The notes under the pieces are model-generated. The model saw nothing but the letters and a program-made list of their open reading frames with translations. It was not told where the DNA came from and searched no databases. This document shows, in pieces, positions 57,621-64,000 of a stretch of 64,000 nucleotides of DNA (position 1 is the first letter of the stretch; every line of letters begins with the position of its first letter). This DNA is from Candidatus Altimarinota bacterium (GTDB lineage: Bacteria; Patescibacteriota; Gracilibacteria; CAIRYL01; GCA-016699755), in contig JBGSOV010000002.1 in the NCBI GenBank assembly GCA_041738935.1, positions 92,469 to 156,468 on the forward strand. The letters run 5' to 3'. The position numbers and the translations under genes were made by a program.

Positions 57621-59651
57621 ATGTATTTTCAAAAAATCGCCGCTGGCATTTGTTTCACACTTGCATTTGCGAGTGTGCTCCTCTTTGTTTGGTTTCGCAT
57701 TCCCTTCGCCGATGATTTTATTACGCAAAAAAATGGTCATTTGATACTTGATCGCAATAGCAAAGTCTTGTTTTTTGACACGTCCGAAGCAGATGAATAT
57801 GTTTTGCCAGCGGCATCTGTAGAAGAGGTTGCACCTGCATTTGTCAACGCCGTGCTGCTTCTTGAAGACGAAAATTTTTATCGTCACAATGGCATCGATT
57901 TTGCAGCCGTACTACGTGCGCTTCAGCAAAATATTCGATCGCAAAAAGTTGTATCGGGTGCGAGCACAATTTCGTTGCAACTTGCCAAAAATCTCCTTGG
58001 CAATCAGCAGCGAACATGGTTACACAAAGCGCAAGAGGCTTTGTATGCGTTGCGACTTGAAGCACAATTTGGCAAAGAAGAATTGCTGGCAATGTGGGCA
58101 AATCGAGCGCCGTTTGGCAGTAATATTGTCGGCATCAATGCTGCGAGCCAGTATTATTTTCACAAATCACCGCGCGACCTTTCACTCGCGCAAGCAACAT
58201 ATTTGGCAGGAATCCCCAACAATCCCGATCGCTATTCGCCACTCAAGCATCCAAATGCTGCTTTGGAGCGCGGCAGAGATATTCTTTCTCATTTGCGTAC
58301 AAAAGGATTTATTACTGCTGCTGACGCCGAGCTCGCAAGTGATGAAGATTTGGTCATCTACGAGCGTCCACCGCAAATTGCAGCACCGCATTTTGTGATG
58401 CGCATAATTGCAGATGGACTTAAAAAAGATATTATCAAGACTTCGCTTGATGTGGGGTTGCAAAACCAAATCGAAAGTATCGTCAAACGTCATCTCGATT
58501 TTTTAGGCGGACACAATGCGCGTAATGCTGCGGTGATTGTTATCGAAAATGCTTCGGGCGCGATTCGCGCATACATCGGTAATGCTGATTTTTTTGACGC
58601 CAAAACTGCCGGACAAGTTGATGTGTTGCGCTCGTATCGACAAGTTGGTAGCACACTCAAACCTTTTTTGTATTATCTCGCATTTCGTGATTTGGGTTGG
58701 ACGGCCGACACAATCGTGCTCGACGAGCCAACGGGATTTCGTACAGCGATTGGAACGGATTTTGCGCCCAAAAACTTTGATCTTACGTATCGTGGCGAAA
58801 TGACCGTGCGCGATGCCTTGGCAGAATCGCGTAATATTCCGGCGGTGGCGACGCTCGCCGCGATTGGCGAGTCCAAACTGTTCGCGCTTTTTGATGCACT
58901 CGACATCATTCCCCTACAAACAGCAGCAGATGCTGGACTTTCGGCGGCACTCGGCGCAGCAGAGATTCGCCCTCTTGATTTGGCACGCGGGTTTACGATT
59001 TTGGCGCGTGACGGCAAATCGCTGCAATTGTGCTCAATCGAGCCGTGCTTGCCCCAACTTGGCAAAACAATACTCGAACCAAATTTGGCGCTCGAAATTA
59101 CCAATATCCTTGCAGATAATGTCGCGCGTATTGATGCCTTTGGCGAAGAATCAGCGCTGACATTCGATTTTCCGGTAGCGGCAAAAACTGGCACTTCACG
59201 CAATTTTCGCGATAACTACGCGGTGGGTTACACCCCGATCTTTACCGTGCTCGTCTGGGTAGGAAATTCGGACGGCAGTGCAATGCAAGAAGTATCGGGG
59301 ATTGCTGGCGCCGGGCCGATTTTTCATGAAGCGATCAAAACCGTAACACGCACTTCGTCCCCGCAAAAATTTGCTGATCCGCAACCACGTCTCGAAACCA
59401 CAAATATTGTTGCGCCACTACGAATTCTTGCGCCGCTTGCGGGAGCAGTATTTTCGCTTGATGCAGCGCGTTTGCCGACGACACAAAAAATCCGTTTTAC
59501 GACAAACAAGCCTGCGACTTTTGTACTCGATGGAGCCATCTTGGGCTCTGGGGACGAAATCTTGTGGACTCCAACAGTCGGCGAACACATACTCCGGGTT
59601 GCGGATAGCGACAATAATAATGCCGAAGCAACATTTGTAGTACATGAATAA
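57621..59651 (+). CDS. class A penicillin-binding protein (GT51 transglycosylase + transpeptidase), PBP1C-like C-terminal domain
   Basis: LLLEDENFYRHNGID and GASTISLQLAKN (GT51). STLKPF (SxxK), SRN, KTGTSRNFRDNYAVGYTP. C-terminal beta domain LRILAP...FVLDG...GEHILRV. Confidence 0.88.
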   Translation: MYFQKIAAGICFTLAFASVLLFVWFRIPFADDFITQKNGHLILDRNSKVLFFDTSEADEYVLPAASVEEVAPAFVNAVLLLEDENFYRHNGIDFAAVLRALQQNIRSQKVVSGASTISLQLAKNLLGNQQRTWLHKAQEALYALRLEAQFGKEELLAMWANRAPFGSNIVGINAASQYYFHKSPRDLSLAQATYLAGIPNNPDRYSPLKHPNAALERGRDILSHLRTKGFITAADAELASDEDLVIYERPPQIAAPHFVMRIIADGLKKDIIKTSLDVGLQNQIESIVKRHLDFLGGHNARNAAVIVIENASGAIRAYIGNADFFDAKTAGQVDVLRSYRQVGSTLKPFLYYLAFRDLGWTADTIVLDEPTGFRTAIGTDFAPKNFDLTYRGEMTVRDALAESRNIPAVATLAAIGESKLFALFDALDIIPLQTAADAGLSAALGAAEIRPLDLARGFTILARDGKSLQLCSIEPCLPQLGKTILEPNLALEITNILADNVARIDAFGEESALTFDFPVAAKTGTSRNFRDNYAVGYTPIFTVLVWVGNSDGSAMQEVSGIAGAGPIFHEAIKTVTRTSSPQKFADPQPRLETTNIVAPLRILAPLAGAVFSLDAARLPTTQKIRFTTNKPATFVLDGAILGSGDEILWTPTVGEHILRVADSDNNNAEATFVVHE

Positions 59652-59687
59652 AATGCGATTCCTCCCACTCTTATTTTTTGTTTGTTC

Positions 59688-60269
59688 ATGAAAAAGCGCC
59701 ACAAACTCCTCTCCTTCTTTTTAATTTTGGCGTTTATTCTCGCGTGGAGCGCACTGCTTTATTTTGTCGGACCGGACAAACTGGTGGAGCTGATTGGTGT
59801 GCAAAACGGCTATCTTTTTGTATTTTTGGTCGCCTCTTTTGGTGGCTTTTCTTCGCTAACGATTCCTTCGCTGTATGCGACACTGGCTACTTTTACGCTC
59901 GGCGGACTTGATCCGCTGCTCCTCGGAGTTGTTTCTGGCTTTGGAGTCACAATTGGCGACAGCCTTTTTTATTTGTTGGGTCATCACGGACGACAGATTG
60001 TGTCTGGTAGGTTTCAAAAGCTTTTTCGTAAAATTGCGCTTCGGCTTGCGCAAACACCGCGCTGGCTGATTCCACTCGTTGTTTTTGTCTATGCTGGTTT
60101 GACGCCGTTGCCCAACGACATTTTGACGATTTCGCTCGCAATTTCCAAAATCAGTTGGCGGCGCATTATTATCCCTTTACTCCTCGGAAATATTGTCCTG
60201 ATGACATTAATCGTTTTGGGGACGCAAAAAGGCGCACAGTATTTAGAATCGCTGCCGCTGTTTGATTAA
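59688..60269 (+). CDS. DedA/VTT-like small membrane protein
   Basis: Five or so TM helices. GVTIGDSLFYLLGHHG resembles the DedA/SNARE-associated motif. Confidence 0.5.
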   Translation: MKKRHKLLSFFLILAFILAWSALLYFVGPDKLVELIGVQNGYLFVFLVASFGGFSSLTIPSLYATLATFTLGGLDPLLLGVVSGFGVTIGDSLFYLLGHHGRQIVSGRFQKLFRKIALRLAQTPRWLIPLVVFVYAGLTPLPNDILTISLAISKISWRRIIIPLLLGNIVLMTLIVLGTQKGAQYLESLPLFD

Positions 60270-60393
60270 TATTTCGCTTACAAAAAATTCTTGCAAGAAA
60301 AGTGTTACTTTTTTTATCACATCTGCGTATTTGCTTATGCACGGAAAAAATGGAAGATTTCTGCAGAACAAAATTTCTTTTCCCGCGTCTGTT

Positions 60394-60951
60394 ATGACTG
60401 ACGAAGCTATTGTGCTCGAATGTCAATCCGGTGACTTTGCTCACTTCGATACGCTGTATGATGCTTATTTGCAAAGAATCTATGATTTTATTTACTTCAA
60501 AACGCATCATCGCCAAACCGCCGAAGATCTTGCATCGCAAGTATTTTTTAGTCTTGTCGAAAATATTGACAGTTTTGACAGCAGGAAAGGAGTTTTTGCG
60601 GCATGGATTTTTCGCATCGCACGCAACAAAGTCATCGACCATTATCGAACGAATAAACACACGAGCGATATTGCAGACGCGTGGGATCTTGCCGCCGACA
60701 GCAATGTCGAAAGCGATGTTGATGCCAAACTTACGCTTGGCAATCTGCACGATGCCATGCGCCAATTGACAGCCGAACAGCGCGAAATTGTTTTACTCCG
60801 CATCTGGCAAGATTTGCCGTTTGCAGAAATTGCGCGTCTGCTCGGCAAAAAAGAGCCAGCGGTCAAAATGGCATTTGGACGCGCGCTCCAAAAAATCGAA
60901 ACTGACAAGCTGCTGCCACTATTCGTTCTTTTCTTTTTCTCCCACCAATGA
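60394..60951 (+). CDS. ECF-type RNA polymerase sigma-70 family factor
   Basis: Region 2 YDFIYFKTHHRQTAEDLASQVF...WIFRIARNKVIDHYR. Region 4 LTAEQREIVLLRIWQDLPFAEIARLLGKKEPAVKMAFGRALQKI. ATG 60394 preferred. Confidence 0.85.
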   Translation: MTDEAIVLECQSGDFAHFDTLYDAYLQRIYDFIYFKTHHRQTAEDLASQVFFSLVENIDSFDSRKGVFAAWIFRIARNKVIDHYRTNKHTSDIADAWDLAADSNVESDVDAKLTLGNLHDAMRQLTAEQREIVLLRIWQDLPFAEIARLLGKKEPAVKMAFGRALQKIETDKLLPLFVLFFFSHQ

Positions 60952-62552
60952 ACAAGAATACACAGCAAATTTTGGCAGAACTGTACGCCTTGGATGCAGG
61001 GCTCAAATCACGCGAAAAAGAACTGCTCGTGATTCTCGACAAACTGCAAAAATCACGCCCCACAACCACACTTGATTCCGCTTTTGTTGAAGCGTTACGT
61101 GCTGATCTCAAAATCGAAATCGCTGCTCTTCCTCTTGCTACTTCTCCAGACAATTCTGGACAAAAAAAACTTTTTTCTTTTTCCTTTTCATATATGCAGG
61201 CACTTGGACTTGCAACCGCAGGCGTCATGCTCGGCGTGACCGCCTTCAACTTTCCTTTTAGCGGCGACGGCTATATCCGCGAACGCCGACCAGATCCCAC
61301 GCCGCAACAAATTGTGATGGGTTCGAATATCGAGCTTGTCCCCGTTGGTGCGGACGCTTTTGGTAAAATCACTATCGATGTGACCGCTCAAGAGGGTGCG
61401 GCAAATGCCAAAGGCACCGGCGGTGGTGGTGCCGTCCAATATATGTTGAGCGATGCAAAAATGATGCCGCCGATGGATGCGACGCGCTACGAATATATTT
61501 ATACTGGCGAACTCGTTCTGCCGACTGCGAGCGAACTGCCGGTTTACAAACGCGTCGGACACAATGACACTGGCAGCGCGATTGCCAACATGCTTTCGGG
61601 CTATGATTTGAAACTGTTTGACGCCAAAAAATTATCGAACCTCGAAGTGCAAAATATCAACCTCGTCGAAAACAAAAAGATGGGCTACATGATTTCCGTG
61701 GATTTTATCAACGAATCAGCCTCTATCAATCCCAATTATGACACGTGGACAAATCCATCAAGCACATGTTGGGAAGGTGACAAAAGCCCCGAAGATGCCG
61801 AAAAATGTGCTCAACAATACGCGCTCAATCTGAGTGATATTCCTGCCGAAAGCGAAATGATTGCGATGGCGGACAAATTTTTGAGCGACTATGGCATCGA
61901 TGCTAGCGGCTACGGCGCGCCATATGTTAATGACGAATGGCGTGTGTATTACGATCAAACAGTCGCCGAGCGTGCTGCTGCTTCGACAGACGACGCAGCA
62001 ACCATGCCAGCGCCGTGGGTGCCCGAACAGATGCAAGTGGTGTATCCTTTTGTCTTTGATGGGCAAATGGTTTACGACGCAAGCGGCAATCCGAGTGGAT
62101 TATCGGTTACGATTGATATTCCCAACAAAAAAGCTTCTGGCATTTACAATCTCACCACGCGTCGCTACGAACAATCAGATTACGCTGTCGAAAACGATGC
62201 TGCCGCAATTCTCGAACTTGCCAAAAAAGGTGGTGTCTGGCCATCGTGGTATGGGTCTGATGCGGACAAGGTCGAGCAGGTTGCATTGGGCGAGCCACAA
62301 CAAGGAATGATTCAGCATTGGGTTTATGAAGATAATATCTCGAGCGAAATCTTTGTACCAGCGCTGATCTTTCCGGTAGAAGAAAAATCGACACCCGAGC
62401 ACTTTATTCCGCAGGTGGTGATTGTGCCACTCGTCAAAGATGCGGTAAACATCCCCGACGTTTATCCGATTATGTACCGCGAAGAAGCGGTGATTGAAGC
62501 AGATATTGCCCCAGCGACCGAGCAAGTAACGCCTGAGCTAAACACCAAATAA
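60948..62552 (+). CDS. putative anti-sigma factor: short cytoplasmic N-terminus, one TM helix, large extracytoplasmic domain
   Basis: Start overlaps the sigma stop (ATGA). TM helix ALGLATAGVMLGVTAF at about residue 90. No homology recognised in the ectodomain. Confidence 0.5.
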   Translation: MNKNTQQILAELYALDAGLKSREKELLVILDKLQKSRPTTTLDSAFVEALRADLKIEIAALPLATSPDNSGQKKLFSFSFSYMQALGLATAGVMLGVTAFNFPFSGDGYIRERRPDPTPQQIVMGSNIELVPVGADAFGKITIDVTAQEGAANAKGTGGGGAVQYMLSDAKMMPPMDATRYEYIYTGELVLPTASELPVYKRVGHNDTGSAIANMLSGYDLKLFDAKKLSNLEVQNINLVENKKMGYMISVDFINESASINPNYDTWTNPSSTCWEGDKSPEDAEKCAQQYALNLSDIPAESEMIAMADKFLSDYGIDASGYGAPYVNDEWRVYYDQTVAERAAASTDDAATMPAPWVPEQMQVVYPFVFDGQMVYDASGNPSGLSVTIDIPNKKASGIYNLTTRRYEQSDYAVENDAAAILELAKKGGVWPSWYGSDADKVEQVALGEPQQGMIQHWVYEDNISSEIFVPALIFPVEEKSTPEHFIPQVVIVPLVKDAVNIPDVYPIMYREEAVIEADIAPATEQVTPELNTK

Positions 62553-62584
62553 GCTTCGCTCTTCTCATTGTGGAATAAACAAGC

Positions 62585-62612
62585 AAAAAGCCGCTCAATC
62601 GAGCGGCTTTTT
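62585..62612 (+). terminator. intrinsic terminator after the sigma/anti-sigma operon
   Basis: AAAAAGCCGCTC AATC GAGCGGCTTTTTG. Confidence 0.85.
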
Positions 62613-62858
62613 GCGAAATCGATACTCTGGTTTTTTGTCGCTGCCAATTTTCCTCTATTTTGAAATTAATAAAAATATAGTCAATACATGATCTACCCTT
62701 TAATATTTAAAATTTTTGAGTAATACAAGAGTACGGGCTTGATAGCTATATATTGCGTAGCATAGACTGCAACGAAAGCAAGTAAATTTTGATGACAGTT
62801 TTTTCGAAACTTTATACTGTGAATTTGCTGCTTTTTATTTACTTTTTCTTTTTCAATT

Positions 62859-64000
62859 ATGAAAACAAATTTTTCTGGTTATTCCTTAAAAAACAACAAA
62901 TCTTCGTTTTTGGGAATGATACTTTTTGTGGTCATTTGTCTATTGTTAGCTGCTTCAACTAGACATAATGAAGTATTTGCTTCAATAGATGAAGATTACC
63001 CGCAAATCATCAGTGTAGCTTCAGATGGTACTATTGGAAATGATTCATCACAATTACCTTCTGTCTCTGCCGATGGTCGCTTTGTAGCATTCAGTTCCGC
63101 TGCTACCAATCTTGTTCCTAACGACACGAATAATAGAGATGATATCTTTGTCCATGATCGCGTCACACATACTACCGAACGCATCAGTATTGCCTCTGAT
63201 GGACAACAGGGAAATAGCTATGCAGAATTCCCTGTTATCTCTGCCGATGGTCGCTTTGTAGCATTCAGTTCCGCTGCTACCAATCTTGTTCCCAACGACA
63301 CGAACAATATATCGGATATCTTTGTCCATGATCGCGTCACACATACTACCGAACGCATCAGTATTGCCTCTGACGGACAACAGGGAAATAGCTATGCAGA
63401 ATCACCCTCTGTCTCTGCTGATGGTCGCTTCGTAGCATTTCGTTCCGCTGCTACCAATCTTGTTCCCAACGACACGAATGATACTGAGGATATCTTTGTC
63501 CATGATCGCGCAACACATACTACCGAACGCATCAGCGTCGCCTCCGATGGTCAACAGGGGAATAGCTATACAGACCTACCCTCAATTTCTGCCGATGGTC
63601 GCTTCGTAGCGTTCTTTTCCGACGCTTCTAATCTCGTTCCCAATGACACGAATAATAGAGATGATATCTTTGTCCATGATCGCGTCACACATACTACCGA
63701 ACGCATCAGTATTGCTTCCGACGGACAACAGGGAAATAGTAATAGTAGTGCAGAATCACCCTCTATTTCTGCCGATGGTCGCTTCGTAGCATTTAGTTCC
63801 CTCGCATATAATCTTGTTCCCAACGACACGAATAATGCTGCGGACATCTTTGTCCATGATCGCGTCACACATACTACCGAACGCATCAGTATCGCTTCCG
63901 ACGGACAACAGGGAAATAGCTATGCACATTTTCCTTCTATTTCTGCTGATGGTCGTTTTGTAGGTTTCTTTTCCGACGCTTCCAACCTTGTTCTTGGTGA
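62859..64000 (+). CDS. secreted PD40/TolB-like beta-propeller repeat protein, 3' end outside window
   Basis: ATG 62859, N-terminal TM/signal FLGMILFVVICLLLAAS. At least 5.5 repeats of SADGRFVAFSSAATNLVPNDTNNxxDIFVHDRVTHTTERISIASDGQQGNS. Frame is open to the window edge. Confidence 0.8.
   Translation, partial: MKTNFSGYSLKNNKSSFLGMILFVVICLLLAASTRHNEVFASIDEDYPQIISVASDGTIGNDSSQLPSVSADGRFVAFSSAATNLVPNDTNNRDDIFVHDRVTHTTERISIASDGQQGNSYAEFPVISADGRFVAFSSAATNLVPNDTNNISDIFVHDRVTHTTERISIASDGQQGNSYAESPSVSADGRFVAFRSAATNLVPNDTNDTEDIFVHDRATHTTERISVASDGQQGNSYTDLPSISADGRFVAFFSDASNLVPNDTNNRDDIFVHDRVTHTTERISIASDGQQGNSNSSAESPSISADGRFVAFSSLAYNLVPNDTNNAADIFVHDRVTHTTERISIASDGQQGNSYAHFPSISADGRFVGFFSDASNLVLG
63060..64000 (+). 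repeat. tandem coding repeats, unit 174 nt (one unit 180 nt), near-identical at DNA level
   Basis: The G of GC(C/T)GATGGTCG recurs at 63069, 63243, 63417, 63591, 63771 and 63945. Confidence 0.9.

Noticed and set aside
57504-57887. Upstream part of the 242-aa minus-strand ORF
   Set aside because: It would overlap the start of the divergent PBP gene and is not hydrophobic like the rest. ATG 57503 gives a coherent small membrane protein.
62996-63886. Minus-strand ORFs (62, 108, 106 aa) and the possibility of a CRISPR array in the periodic region
   Set aside because: The periodicity is 174 nt of contiguous near-identical units with no unique spacers. The units translate in phase on the plus strand into PD40-type repeats. 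The minus-strand ORFs are shadows.
1-64000. Alternative genetic code (UGA or UAA reassignment) to explain the two in-frame TAA codons
   Set aside because: Conserved genes end at their expected lengths on TAA (adk, pnp, propeller gene), TAG (secA) and TGA (permease, purL). Long ORFs are obtained with the standard code, and no suppressor-like tRNA was seen.

Overview
Gene-dense bacterial chromosome fragment. About 55 protein genes and 3 tRNAs; no rRNA, CRISPR array, transposase or integrase was seen. Long ORFs close with TAA, TAG and TGA, so the standard code applies. The content looks like a reduced-genome uncultivated lineage, possibly CPR/Patescibacteria-like, but that is inference, not proof. 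Housekeeping genes (secY-adk, secA, pnp, tyrS, rluD, yebC, maf, a class A PBP, an ECF sigma factor) sit among isolated biosynthetic genes (ispG, metA, purL, purC, ribH). SLH-anchored secreted proteins and many unrecognisable ORFs fill the rest. Start codons generally lack a GGAGG-type Shine-Dalgarno motif, and at least one near-consensus promoter would give a leaderless mRNA.

Most notable observations:
1. A 27-codon leader ORF with five Met codons in seven (MTMRMMM), followed by mutually exclusive antiterminator and terminator hairpins. It sits upstream of an operon made of an unknown gene plus metA, and looks like a classical attenuator for methionine.
2. A ClpC-type Hsp100 ATPase whose D2 module carries a roughly 300-residue acidic insertion and is cut by a single in-frame TAA.
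3. A secreted animal-haem-peroxidase-family protein whose distal His motif reads GQD instead of DHD.
4. A C39-like peptidase with an in-frame TAA where a Tyr codon is expected.
5. An orphan V/A-type ATPase B subunit next to a G/C-rich hairpin repeat and a C11 tract.
6. An orphan VirB4-like ATPase.
7. Near-identical 174-nt tandem repeats in a PD40-type propeller gene.

All homology calls come from motif recognition by eye. No database search was run.
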